Shown here in pieces: positions 35,627 to 45,546 of a DNA stretch of 64,000 nucleotides. The notes under the pieces were generated by a model. It ran no database searches and had not been told where the DNA came from. It saw nothing but the letters and a program-made list of their open reading frames with translations. The position numbers and the translations under genes are program-made. This DNA comes from Eubacteriales bacterium (lineage in GTDB: Bacteria; Bacillota; Clostridia; Saccharofermentanales; UBA5734): the NCBI GenBank assembly GCA_028685755.1, contig JAQUDJ010000001.1, forward strand, positions 20,472 to 84,471, in the 5' to 3' direction. Positions within the stretch are counted from its first letter, which is position 1, and every line of letters begins with the position of its first letter.

Positions 35627-36961
35627 ATGAATTTCAAACATCAGAACCGTCTCTTCGTCGGTTTGCGCTATGCGCTGCTGATCGGACTCCTCGGCTTTGT
35701 CAGTTTTCAGACGTTTAGTCACGGCTTAGGCAACAAGGCATACCCTTCGATTCACAGTCTTTGCCCGTTTGGTGGTCTGGAATCGCTGCTCGCTTTTGTC
35801 GCTTATGACGGGGCGATGCTTAGTAAGATCTTTTCAGGAACGATGGCACTCTTTTTTGTTTTCTTGGTCTTAACCCTACTCTTCCGACGAGCCTTTTGTG
35901 GTTTGTTGTGCCCACTTGGCACAATGCAAGAACTCTTCGCCAAGGCTGGCCAAAAGATTTTCAAGCGTCGCCTGATCATGCCTTATCTCCCGGACTTGAT
36001 CTTGCGCAAGATGAAATATTTTGTCCTCGTTTTGACCGTTGCAATGGCTTGGTTGACTGGCACATTGTGGTTCCAACTTTATGACCCTTGGACAGCATAT
36101 GGCCACATATTGAGCCCCGATGAGCTCCTAAACACATACTTGATCGGGCTTGTTGTTCTCGTCATATCGCTGATCGGTTCGTTCGTATATGATCGCTTTT
36201 TCTGTAAATATTTTTGCCCGCTCGGTGCGATCAACGCTATCATCGGTAAGATCAGCCGCTTTACCGTCAAGCGGGAGCCGGATGTCTGTATCAATTGCTC
36301 GCTTTGTTCGATAGCTTGCCCAGTCAATATCGATGTCGCCCATGAAGTGAACGTGACCTCTGCGGAATGCATCAGTTGCGGTAAATGCGTCGCTATTTGC
36401 CCGAAAGAAGGCGCATTGAACTTTCGTTTAGCGCGTTGGAAAGTCTCCCCACTCCTGGTGATAGCGTTAGTTGGTCTTGTTTATTTTGGCGGTATTTTCG
36501 TTTTCCAGCTCGCTGGTTATGACCGATACGATAAAAATCGCGAAGCCAGTCTTTGGGAGCTCGCACAGTCGCAACAAATGTCCGTGGCTGAATTTAAATT
36601 GGCCTATGATTTGCCTGCATCCCTACCAAACCGAGCCACGGCAAGCGAAGTCGAATATGCCATTCCGTTTTATAAAATGGCTGAACTCAACGGTATGGAT
36701 CCCGCTGATTTAAAAGCCCAATTCGGGTTTTCAGCTGATTTTAATGACGAAACACCGTGGGGCGATGCATACGGCGAGGTCACACTTGAACGTATTGCGA
36801 CGCTCAATCAAGCTGATTATAGCGAATTATTGGCGGCCTATGGTTTAGCCCCGGAAACAGCCCCGACGACACAATGGAAAGCTGTTCGGGAGCAAGTCGA
36901 AGCCTATATGAATTTGCAAAATACCCAATCCGGTACTGGGAGCGATTGCGCTGGCGAATAG
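35627..36961 (+). CDS. Membrane polyferredoxin (4Fe-4S binding, NapH/COG0348-like) with a C-terminal extension of about 130 aa
   Basis: Membrane CxxCP motifs (LLCPLG, YFCPLG) and two ferredoxin clusters (CINCSLCSIACP, CISCGKCVAICP). The ATG at 35627 gives MNFKHQ. Confidence 0.8.
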   Translation: MNFKHQNRLFVGLRYALLIGLLGFVSFQTFSHGLGNKAYPSIHSLCPFGGLESLLAFVAYDGAMLSKIFSGTMALFFVFLVLTLLFRRAFCGLLCPLGTMQELFAKAGQKIFKRRLIMPYLPDLILRKMKYFVLVLTVAMAWLTGTLWFQLYDPWTAYGHILSPDELLNTYLIGLVVLVISLIGSFVYDRFFCKYFCPLGAINAIIGKISRFTVKREPDVCINCSLCSIACPVNIDVAHEVNVTSAECISCGKCVAICPKEGALNFRLARWKVSPLLVIALVGLVYFGGIFVFQLAGYDRYDKNREASLWELAQSQQMSVAEFKLAYDLPASLPNRATASEVEYAIPFYKMAELNGMDPADLKAQFGFSADFNDETPWGDAYGEVTLERIATLNQADYSELLAAYGLAPETAPTTQWKAVREQVEAYMNLQNTQSGTGSDCAGE

Positions 36962-37825
36962 TTAGCGTTGTGTCTTCAACTGACCAGCATTCAGGTAAAT
37001 GACTGCGGCCAGAATGATCACGGCACCGACCATGGCAGTGGTCCCGGGCATTTCGCCCATCACCCAAAAAACCCAGATTGGATTCGCAATTGGCTCAGCC
37101 ATTGCCAGCAGATTTGCTGACAATGGCTTTGTTTTTTGGATACCAAGACCAAACAACAGATAGGCAAGACCTAATTGGAAAATACCTAAGGTCGCTAAGG
37201 CGAGAACCGGACGCACATGGTAAGTTTGAGTAGTGAGTAAAAAGGGCAATCCTACGAGGAAGGTGCTGACTTGACCGATGAATAGTGCGACCGGTGTATC
37301 GCATTCGGGACGATTATTCAACAAAAAGACAACGGCAAATGTGACCCCAGTACCAAGCGCGATGAGATTGCCGATGAGATTCCCTGCGCTTAAATCATCG
37401 ATGAAAAAGAGTGTAATGCCAGCGGTTGCGACGAACAAAGCAACGAGCTCCCGGCGGGTGGGCATGTAATGATAGAGTAGTACGCCTAGGATAACGATTA
37501 CAAACGGTGAAATGTACTGCAACATGATGGCATTAGCCGCCGTTGTCATTTTATTGGCGATCACAAAGCCAGTTTGGGTGAGCATCAAGGCGAGGCCAGA
37601 CAACCAGGTGGTTTTACTCGGTCGGCGAAACAGTCGGCTTCGATAGGCGAGTAAAAAAATGGCTGCGGCAAAGGCACTTCGCCCTGAAGCGATCGCCATC
37701 GGGTGCCAGGGAATGTATTTAATGAATAATCCCGCCATGCTCCATAGCAGCGCGGCGGCGACGATCAAGGCCGGACCAGGGAGCCGGTTGATATCAAACT
37801 TTCGCAGCTTCGCGTGCGTGTTCAC
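36962..37825 (-). CDS. DMT (EamA) family transporter
   Basis: Ten-TM profile with duplicated EamA-like halves. Confidence 0.8.
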   Translation of the reverse strand: MNTHAKLRKFDINRLPGPALIVAAALLWSMAGLFIKYIPWHPMAIASGRSAFAAAIFLLAYRSRLFRRPSKTTWLSGLALMLTQTGFVIANKMTTAANAIMLQYISPFVIVILGVLLYHYMPTRRELVALFVATAGITLFFIDDLSAGNLIGNLIALGTGVTFAVVFLLNNRPECDTPVALFIGQVSTFLVGLPFLLTTQTYHVRPVLALATLGIFQLGLAYLLFGLGIQKTKPLSANLLAMAEPIANPIWVFWVMGEMPGTTAMVGAVIILAAVIYLNAGQLKTQR

Positions 37826-37847
37826 TTGACTGTCGATCGCTCGTTAC

Positions 37848-39464
37848 CTACGCGTAAAGTGCGTCGACGCGGGCCTGTAAGGCTTCATCGTCAAGGTATT
37901 CATCGATCGGCAGACCACTGTCGATGATGCCTTTCGGGGTCAATTCAATGATTCGGTTCGCGATCGTTTCGATGAATTTGTAGTCGTGAGAGGCGAACAT
38001 TAGATTGCCTTTAAAGGCGATCAGGCCATTGTTGACAGCGGTGATTGATTCAAGGTCAAGATGGTTGGTCGGCTCGTCGAGGATCAGGACATTTGCCGAT
38101 GACAACATGAGGCGGGAGAACATGCAACGCATTTTTTCACCACCAGACAAGACACTCGCGCGTTTCATCGCTTCATCGCCAGAAAAGAGCATTTTGCCGA
38201 GGAAGCCGCGGCAGTAGCTTTCGTTTTGATCACTCGAATATTGGCGGATCCAATCGACCAAACTGAGGTCACAATTTTCAAAGTATAAGGTGTTGTCTTT
38301 TGGCAAATAGGCCTGTGATGTCGTCGTACCCCAGCGGAAAGAACCTTCGTCGGGTTCCATCTCACCTGCTAATATTTGGAACAATGTCGTCCGCGCTTGA
38401 TCATTGCGCGACAAAATCGCCACTTTATCGTTCTTGCTGAGGCGGAAGGTAATGTTGCTAAGGACCTTTTCGCCATTAATTGTTTTGCCTAGGTTCTCGA
38501 CATAGAGAATATCTTTGCCGGCTTCGCGCTCTGGTGAAAATCCGATAAACGGGTAGCGCCGCGAGGATGGCAAAATATCATCGAGGACGATTTTGTCGAG
38601 CATCTTTTTACGCGAGGTCGCCTGCCGAGCTTTTGATGCATTCGAGCCAAAGCGCGCAATAAAGGCTTGTAATTCGGCGATCCGGTCTTCTTTCTTGCGG
38701 TTCTTTTCGCCAATTAAGCGGGTCATCAGCTGGCTGGATTCGTACCAAAAGTCGTAGTTACCGACGATCAATCGCGCTTTGCCAAAATCGATATCGAGCA
38801 TGTGGGTACAGACTTTATTTAAAAAGTGGCGGTCATGGGAAACGACGATGACTGTGTTTTCATAGTCGATCAGAAATTCTTCGAGCCATCGAATGGCTTT
38901 GTAGTCAAGATGATTGGTCGGTTCGTCCAATAGCAGAATGTGCGGATTGCCAAACAAAGCTTGCGCGAGTAAGACTTTGACGCGGTCACCACTGGGAATA
39001 TCTTTCATCAGGCTTTGGTGGAAGGCTTTGGCGACACCGAGGCCCATGAGCAATTTTTCAGCGTCGGTTTCAGCATCCCATCCATTTAATTCGGAAAATT
39101 CGTGTTCGAGATCCGCTGCTAAGTGCCCATCATCCTCTGTGAAATCGGTTTTGGCATAAAGCACTTCTTTTTCTTTGATAATCTCATAAAGGCGTTTGAA
39201 GCCCATGATCACGGTCTCGAGGACCGGATATTCATCGTACGCGAATTGATTTTGTTGTAGCGTCGCGAGGCGCTCACCCGGGGTGATCGTTACAGTACCG
39301 GAAGTTGGCTCAAAATCGCCGGAGAGAATCCGGATGAAGGTCGTCTTACCGGCGCCATTTGCGCCGATGACCCCGTAGCAATTACCAGGGGTGAATTTGA
39401 CATTGACTTCGTCAAAAAGTTTCTTGTCGCTAAAGCGAACACTTAAATCTGTTACGGTGATCAT
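37848..39464 (-). CDS. ABC-F family ATPase (YkpA/YbiT-like)
   Basis: Two NBDs joined by a basic linker and no TM segments. NBD1 has Walker A GANGAGKTT. NBD2 has signature LSGGEKMR and Walker B ILDEPTNHLD. Start at 39464 (MITVTDLSVRF). Confidence 0.9.
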   Translation of the reverse strand: MITVTDLSVRFSDKKLFDEVNVKFTPGNCYGVIGANGAGKTTFIRILSGDFEPTSGTVTITPGERLATLQQNQFAYDEYPVLETVIMGFKRLYEIIKEKEVLYAKTDFTEDDGHLAADLEHEFSELNGWDAETDAEKLLMGLGVAKAFHQSLMKDIPSGDRVKVLLAQALFGNPHILLLDEPTNHLDYKAIRWLEEFLIDYENTVIVVSHDRHFLNKVCTHMLDIDFGKARLIVGNYDFWYESSQLMTRLIGEKNRKKEDRIAELQAFIARFGSNASKARQATSRKKMLDKIVLDDILPSSRRYPFIGFSPEREAGKDILYVENLGKTINGEKVLSNITFRLSKNDKVAILSRNDQARTTLFQILAGEMEPDEGSFRWGTTTSQAYLPKDNTLYFENCDLSLVDWIRQYSSDQNESYCRGFLGKMLFSGDEAMKRASVLSGGEKMRCMFSRLMLSSANVLILDEPTNHLDLESITAVNNGLIAFKGNLMFASHDYKFIETIANRIIELTPKGIIDSGLPIDEYLDDEALQARVDALYA

Positions 39465-39595
39465 GTTATAAAAGGGTCTCCAATCTGGGTGTATAACCAA
39501 ATGCCGATTATACCGGATTTTCACAGTATAATAAACCCATGCCACGCTCATTTTATGTTAGAATTCTACCTAGATTATCTGCAGAGGAGCTTTCC

Positions 39596-41230
39596 ATGGC
39601 AGCTGAGGTTTTTGTCACTGGCCATTTGAACCCTGACACCGATTCCATCTGTTCTGCACTCGCATTTGCCGCTTATCAACAAGCGATCGGACAACCGGCC
39701 AAGGCTGTCCGAGCTGGATCGATCAGCCCTGAAACCCAATGGATTCTTGACCGTTTCAAAGTCGAAGCCCCACCTCTGATTCGCGACTTACGCACGCAAA
39801 TTCAAGATCTCAAATTAGACACCCCCAGACCCTTGACCCCCTACATGCCTTTGCGCAAAGCCTGGGAGGCGATGCGTCAGACGAAGGTCAAGTCGATTCC
39901 GGTAGTCGATCAACATCAGAAATTGATTGGCATCGTTTCCCTCGGCGATCTGGCTGAATTCGATATCGCTGCGGAGACGGTCCACACTATCCAAATGCCT
40001 GCTGAAAATTTAGTCGAAATGCTTTACGCAAAAGTCAGTGGTACATTGCCGAAGACCTTTCAGGCTAATTATTTTTGGTATAACGAACAAGACATCATCC
40101 CGGCCAAAAGTAATGTTTTTGTCGATAAAATTACCCAGGAATTAGTTGGCCAAGCCGTCGCTTCACGAGCAGCTTGCATTGTTCTCTGTGCCGGCAACGA
40201 TGCCGATCTGACGAATCTGCCGCCGAAAGAGATCGCTGACATGGCTGACAAAGTCGGAATGCCGATTCTCGTCACCGCCATGCGGCCATATTATGCAATA
40301 CGCTATGCACAACAGGCGGTCCCGATCAAAGTCTTCATGAAATCAGAGAAATTAATGGTCTTTTCTGCAACTGATTTCGTCGACGATGTTCGGGAAAGTA
40401 TGCTTTCGACGCGCTTTCGCAGCTATCCGGTTGTCGATAGTGATAATCGGGTCCTAGGCACAATTTCCCGCTTCCATTTACTGCAGTCTGGCCGCAAAAA
40501 AGTGATGCTTGTCGATCATAATGAACGCTCGCAAGCCGTTCGCGGCATTGAACAGGCTGAGATTTTGGCAATTATTGACCATCACCGGCTCGGCGATGTG
40601 CAAACCTATGCCCAGGTCTATTTCCGGTGTGAGCCAGTCGGCTGCACCTCAACGATCATTGCCGGCATGTTCTTTGAACGCAACTTAGTTCCAGACCCGC
40701 CGATCGCCGGACTCATGTTGTCGGCAATTTTGTCTGATACACAGTTGTTCAAATCACCGACGTGCACCAGTAAAGACGTCCAAATGGCGGAAAAGCTCGC
40801 AGTCTTGGCAGATGTCAACTTAAAATCACATGGCCATGAATTATTTAGAGCTAGCAGCAATCTATATGACAAAACACCCAAGGAAATGTTCTTCCTCGAC
40901 TTTAAGGAATTCTTCCTGGGCGATTACAAAATCGGGGTCAGCCAGATCAATTGCCTCGACGGGGCTGAGTTGGCCGATAAGACAGCAGCGATTCCCAAAT
41001 TGATGGATGACCTCGTCGAAGCACAACGCTTCGATCTCTTGCTCTTCATGGAAACCGATATTCTTAAAGAAGGCACTCAGCTTTACTATTCCGGCCGCTT
41101 ACGCCGTGAATTAGCTCAAGCCTTCAACCTCGATCCCGAGGATATCAAGGCTGTCAAATCCTTCTTCTTACCAGGTGTCATGAGTCGCAAAAAACAAGTT
41201 ATCCCGGCATTAGGCAATCATCTGCGATAA
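39596..41230 (+). CDS. ppaC: CBS-domain-containing family II (DHH/DHHA2) inorganic pyrophosphatase
   Basis: RBS AGAGGAG. N-terminal GHLNPDTDSICSA, an inserted CBS pair/DRTGG region, the DHH motif (IIDHHRLGD), and a C-terminal DHHA2 region. Confidence 0.8.
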   Translation: MAAEVFVTGHLNPDTDSICSALAFAAYQQAIGQPAKAVRAGSISPETQWILDRFKVEAPPLIRDLRTQIQDLKLDTPRPLTPYMPLRKAWEAMRQTKVKSIPVVDQHQKLIGIVSLGDLAEFDIAAETVHTIQMPAENLVEMLYAKVSGTLPKTFQANYFWYNEQDIIPAKSNVFVDKITQELVGQAVASRAACIVLCAGNDADLTNLPPKEIADMADKVGMPILVTAMRPYYAIRYAQQAVPIKVFMKSEKLMVFSATDFVDDVRESMLSTRFRSYPVVDSDNRVLGTISRFHLLQSGRKKVMLVDHNERSQAVRGIEQAEILAIIDHHRLGDVQTYAQVYFRCEPVGCTSTIIAGMFFERNLVPDPPIAGLMLSAILSDTQLFKSPTCTSKDVQMAEKLAVLADVNLKSHGHELFRASSNLYDKTPKEMFFLDFKEFFLGDYKIGVSQINCLDGAELADKTAAIPKLMDDLVEAQRFDLLLFMETDILKEGTQLYYSGRLRRELAQAFNLDPEDIKAVKSFFLPGVMSRKKQVIPALGNHLR

Positions 41231-41303
41231 TAGAATGAGGCGCGTTTGATAAGTGTTACATTTTGTATTTTAAATTTTATATTTTATTTAGGGAGGCTAG
41301 ACT

Positions 41304-41726
41304 ATGTTGCAAGAATTTAAGAAATTTATTCTCCGGGGCAATGTCATGGATCTCGCCGTTGGTGTCGTTATTGGTGCCGCGTTCGGGGCGATCGTCACTA
41401 GTCTTGTCAATGACATCATCATGCCAATTATTGGTTTTATCACCGCGGGTATTAGTTTCTCGGATCTCAAAGTTGTCTTAAGACAAGCTGTGATGTCTGG
41501 CGCTGATATCACCACCCCAGAAGTAGCCATTACATACGGGCACCTCATCGAAGTAACGATACAGTTCTTGATAATTGCCCTCTGTGTCTTTCTCGTCGTC
41601 AAAGCGATCAATACATTACGCGAAAAAGCTGAGGCGAATCAGCCAAAAGTAGTTGCAGCGCCTGCAGCTAAGCCAGAAGATGTGCTTCTGCTCGAAGAAA
41701 TTCGTGATTTATTGAAAAAGGCCTAA
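41304..41726 (+). CDS. mscL: Large-conductance mechanosensitive channel
   Basis: EFKKFILRGNVMDLAVGVVIGAAFGAIVTSLVNDIIMP is a textbook MscL N-terminus. Confidence 0.97.
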   Translation: MLQEFKKFILRGNVMDLAVGVVIGAAFGAIVTSLVNDIIMPIIGFITAGISFSDLKVVLRQAVMSGADITTPEVAITYGHLIEVTIQFLIIALCVFLVVKAINTLREKAEANQPKVVAAPAAKPEDVLLLEEIRDLLKKA

Positions 41727-41760
41727 TGATTGGCTCTGATTGATTACTTTGGGGTTAGAA

Positions 41761-41795
41761 GTCAGCTGCATCATTCATGCAGCTGACCTTTTTAT
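41761..41795 (+). terminator. Rho-independent terminator after mscL (between convergent genes)
   Basis: Perfect 11-bp stem GTCAGCTGCAT / ATGCAGCTGAC with a 5-nt loop, followed by CTTTTTATT. Confidence 0.85.
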
Positions 41796-41804
41796 TATAA
41801 TCAC

Positions 41805-42797
41805 TTATCTCGAGCCTTTATCGTATGGAATACCTTCAGCTTTTGGCGCACGTGATTTTTTCGAGGTGAAGACGAGAATGATCATGGTGACGATGTAGGG
41901 TAACATTTGATAAAGGTACTGCGAGTATTTTATTCCTGAAAAGCTCGGCAGGAAGGGAATGCTACCGCTGTACGAGCCAATGACTTTGAACAAGGCAAAG
42001 AACAGGGCGGCGCCGAATATTCGGATCGGATTCCAATTGCCAAAAATCATAACGGCAAGGGCGAAGAAGCCGTAGCCAGCTACGGTTGATTGGAAGCCTG
42101 AGCCGGCAGCAATGGTGAAGGCTAAGCCGCCAATGCCTGCGAGGAAACCAGATATGGCCACGCCAATATAACGAAGCTTGTATACATTGATCCCGACAGA
42201 ATCCGCAGCTTGGGGATGCTCGCCACAGGCGCGCAGGCGCAAACCAAAGCGGGTTTGATAGATCAGGAATATTGTCAAAGCTAAAATGACGATGGCAACT
42301 GGCGTTGTCAGGTAGAGATTTTTGAAAATCATCGCTTCCCAAAAACCGGGGTTTTCACTGATGGTCAAGCCAAAGTTAGCTTGGGTTATCTTGATCCAAG
42401 TCGGAATGTAAATGGTGGTTTGACCTTGGCCTTGGACGGCCCAAGACAGAACAATTGCAAACGCTGGGGCAAATAAGTTCAGCGCAGTACCGCCAATGGT
42501 TTGGTCGGCTTTGAGTGAGACGGAGGCGAGGGCTAGTAAGAGTGAATAAATCAAGCCTGTGACCCCGCCAACCAGGATTGCAAGGAGCATCGCCAACTGG
42601 GCGTGACTAGCACCCCAGCCGGATTTTTCGGCATAATTTAAGAATAAGCTCGAAAACAGGGCGCCGATGATCATGATGCCTTCGAGGGCAATGTTGATTG
42701 TGCCGCTGCGTTCACTGTACATCCCACCTAAAGCAACGAGCAGGAGGGGGATCGCGAAAATGATAGTTGCGCTAATGATGTCAGCCAAGATGATCAT
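41805..42797 (-). CDS. ABC transporter permease (BMP/nucleoside type, YufQ/NupQ-like)
   Basis: Polytopic BPD_transp_2 permease, last gene of the BMP-type importer operon. It has a 4-nt overlap with the upstream permease gene. Confidence 0.88.
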   Translation of the reverse strand: MIILADIISATIIFAIPLLLVALGGMYSERSGTINIALEGIMIIGALFSSLFLNYAEKSGWGASHAQLAMLLAILVGGVTGLIYSLLLALASVSLKADQTIGGTALNLFAPAFAIVLSWAVQGQGQTTIYIPTWIKITQANFGLTISENPGFWEAMIFKNLYLTTPVAIVILALTIFLIYQTRFGLRLRACGEHPQAADSVGINVYKLRYIGVAISGFLAGIGGLAFTIAAGSGFQSTVAGYGFFALAVMIFGNWNPIRIFGAALFFALFKVIGSYSGSIPFLPSFSGIKYSQYLYQMLPYIVTMIILVFTSKKSRAPKAEGIPYDKGSR

Positions 42798-43918
42798 GGG
42801 GCGACCTCCTTCCCAGCAGTTGCCGACTGTTTGATCAATTTACGGATGATGCCTTTGAGCAAGAGCGAAAAGGCTGATAAGTAAATGATCACCGAGATGA
42901 TTATATCGACGATTTCTTTGGCAAATTCCGGTTGCATCGCTTCCCCGCCAACTTGGATATAAGAAATGAAGAGTGCGCTGAAGATAATTCCTATCGGATT
43001 AGACGTAGCCAACAGGGCTACGGGAATCCCGTTGAAGCCCATCGTTGCAAGTAATTTTTCGATGGTGTACTGGGCGGTTCCGCTCAGATAATAAAGTCCG
43101 CCACCAAAGCCGGCTAAAGAACCGGCGATTACCATGGAGAGGACAATGTTCCGTTTCGCGTTGATGCCAGCGTAGATACTGGCGTTGCGGTTGAAGCCAC
43201 AAGCCTTGAGCTCGTATCCGAAAGTCGTGCGGTTGAGGACGAAGTAAATGATAACTGCAAGGATAATGGCCATAAATATGCTGATATTCATGTAGGTTGA
43301 GTCAAATAGCGTGTCAAGGCCCCATTTGGGAATAATTGCAGCCTTATTCGCGGCGGACATATTGGCGGTGCGGTCCGGATTGGATGCCCCATAATAATCA
43401 GCCAAGACCATCGGAATGTTCGCAAGCAATACGTTGACGGCGAAAAGACCGATCCAGTTAAACATAATCGAGGTGATAACCTCGTTGACATTGAAATAGG
43501 CTTTGAAAAGGCCTGGCATAGCCCCCCAGATCGCTCCGCCGAGCATTGCCATGATGAGCGCGGCGTACCACGGGAACTGCCAGACAATGCCGGAGTAGAG
43601 CGCCATGAACATGCCGAGCATATATTGGCCAGACGCACCGATATTAAAGAGTCCAGTTTTAAATGCAAAGCCGACGGAAAGACCGGTCATAATTAGAGGA
43701 GCTGCCTGATAAAGCACTTTGGAGAACTTGGCCGCTGAGCTGAACCCGACAACTAGAATCTGGCTCAGTCCGTAGACTGATTTTTCTGCCTTGAAGATCA
43801 CTAACAGTAAAAATCCGAAAATCAGGCCGATGCCAATCGCTGCCGCCGAGGCGAGAAAGCTTTCAAAGCCCGGTTTGTTTTTCAGGGTATGCCAGGCTTG
43901 TTTGAGGTTGATTTTCAT
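42794..43918 (-). CDS. ABC transporter permease (BMP/nucleoside type, YufP/NupP-like)
   Basis: Polytopic permease whose ends overlap both operon neighbours. Confidence 0.88.
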   Translation of the reverse strand: MKINLKQAWHTLKNKPGFESFLASAAAIGIGLIFGFLLLVIFKAEKSVYGLSQILVVGFSSAAKFSKVLYQAAPLIMTGLSVGFAFKTGLFNIGASGQYMLGMFMALYSGIVWQFPWYAALIMAMLGGAIWGAMPGLFKAYFNVNEVITSIMFNWIGLFAVNVLLANIPMVLADYYGASNPDRTANMSAANKAAIIPKWGLDTLFDSTYMNISIFMAIILAVIIYFVLNRTTFGYELKACGFNRNASIYAGINAKRNIVLSMVIAGSLAGFGGGLYYLSGTAQYTIEKLLATMGFNGIPVALLATSNPIGIIFSALFISYIQVGGEAMQPEFAKEIVDIIISVIIYLSAFSLLLKGIIRKLIKQSATAGKEVAP

Positions 43919-45456
43919 ACCTGGCCTCCTTTGACATCGTTACGGCGTGCACCGGCCATGTAAAGGCCAAGTTGCTCAACGGTTGTTTCTTTCGGGTCGA
44001 ATTCACCGACGATATTCCCTTCGTAAATCACGAGAATCCGGTCGGAAACGTTCATAACTTCGTCCAATTCTAAAGAGACTAATAAGACGCCTTTGCCTGA
44101 ATCGCGCTGAGCAACGAGTTGGGTATGGATATATTCAATTGCGCCAATATCTAAGCCGCGGGTCGGTTGAATTGCAATGAGTAGTTCTGGATTTTTATCA
44201 ATTTCGCGGGCGACGATAGCTTTCTGTTGATTACCGCCTGACATACTGCGCACAATTGTTTGCGCACCTTGACCACTGCGAATGTCGTATTTGCTGATCA
44301 GATTATCAGCGTATTGATTGACCGCTTCACGGTTGATCAAGCCGTTTTGATGGAACCGCGGCTCCCAATAGCGTTGCAGCACGAGATTTTCAGCAAGCGA
44401 GTAATCCAGCACGAGGCCGAATTTGTGGCGATCTTCCGGAATATGACTAATGCCGGCTTTTGATCGATCGCGAATGCTAGATTTGGTCAGGTCATGGCCT
44501 TTGAGGGTCAAACGACCGCTCACAGGCTTCTCGATGCCGGTCAAAGCATAAATCAGCTCGCTTTGGCCGTTGCCCTCAATGCCAGCTAGACAGACAATTT
44601 CGCCCGCGCGGACATTAAAAGAAACATCTTTGACTGCGTTGTTTTTGTGAAGCTTGGACGCGACAGTTAGGTGTTCGACTGCTAGGACGATTTCTCCTGG
44701 TATGAGATCCGCTTTGTCGACGATCAATTGGACGGGGCGTCCGACCATCATGCGGGACAGTTCCTCGACACTTGTTTGGTCGATATCCACTGTGCCAATG
44801 CACTGCCCTTTGCGCAGAACCGTGCACCGATCTGCCACTTCCATGATTTCGTTGAGTTTATGGGTTATGAACAGGATGGATTTGCCTTCCGCTTTGAGTC
44901 CGCGAATGATCGCCATCAGTTCTTTGATTTCTTGGGGAGTAAGCACCGCAGTTGGCTCGTCGAAAATGAGGATCTCATTGTCGCGATAGAGCATTTTGAG
45001 AATTTCAACACGTTGCTGCATGCCGACCGAAATGTCTTCGATCAATGCATCGGGTTCAACTGAGAGTTTGTACTGTTGGCTGAGTTGGACTATCTTTTGT
45101 CGTGCTTCATTACGTTTGAGAACGCTGTATTTCGTTGGTTCTACGCCGAGGATGATATTCTCGAGCACTGAGAAAACCTCGACTAACTTGAAATGCTGAT
45201 GGACCATGCCAATATTGAGGGCGTTGGCATCGTTAGGATTGTTGATGAGGACCTTTTGGCCGTTTTTGTGAATCTCGCCATGTTCAGCCTGATATAAGCC
45301 AAACAGGATACTCATCAGGGTGCTTTTACCCGCGCCATTTTCACCAAGCAACGCATGGACCTCTCCCTTTTTGAGTTGCAAGGTGATGTTATCGTTAGCC
45401 TTAATCCCGGGGAATTCTTTGGTGATCTGGAGCATCTCAATGATAAAGTCGCTCAT
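43915..45456 (-). CDS. ABC transporter ATP-binding protein with duplicated NBDs (YufO/NupO-like)
   Basis: Walker A GENGAGKST and Walker B ILIFDEPT. The second domain has MSGGNQQK. Start at 45456 (MSDFIIEMLQITKEF). Confidence 0.93.
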   Translation of the reverse strand: MSDFIIEMLQITKEFPGIKANDNITLQLKKGEVHALLGENGAGKSTLMSILFGLYQAEHGEIHKNGQKVLINNPNDANALNIGMVHQHFKLVEVFSVLENIILGVEPTKYSVLKRNEARQKIVQLSQQYKLSVEPDALIEDISVGMQQRVEILKMLYRDNEILIFDEPTAVLTPQEIKELMAIIRGLKAEGKSILFITHKLNEIMEVADRCTVLRKGQCIGTVDIDQTSVEELSRMMVGRPVQLIVDKADLIPGEIVLAVEHLTVASKLHKNNAVKDVSFNVRAGEIVCLAGIEGNGQSELIYALTGIEKPVSGRLTLKGHDLTKSSIRDRSKAGISHIPEDRHKFGLVLDYSLAENLVLQRYWEPRFHQNGLINREAVNQYADNLISKYDIRSGQGAQTIVRSMSGGNQQKAIVAREIDKNPELLIAIQPTRGLDIGAIEYIHTQLVAQRDSGKGVLLVSLELDEVMNVSDRILVIYEGNIVGEFDPKETTVEQLGLYMAGARRNDVKGGQV

Positions 45457-45546
45457 GAACGCCTCGCCTTTGATTTGGTGATGATAAAAAGGTGCCAGAC
45501 ACCAATTGGTGCCTGGCACCCCTATGCGGTCAGGTTGAGGTGGTGT

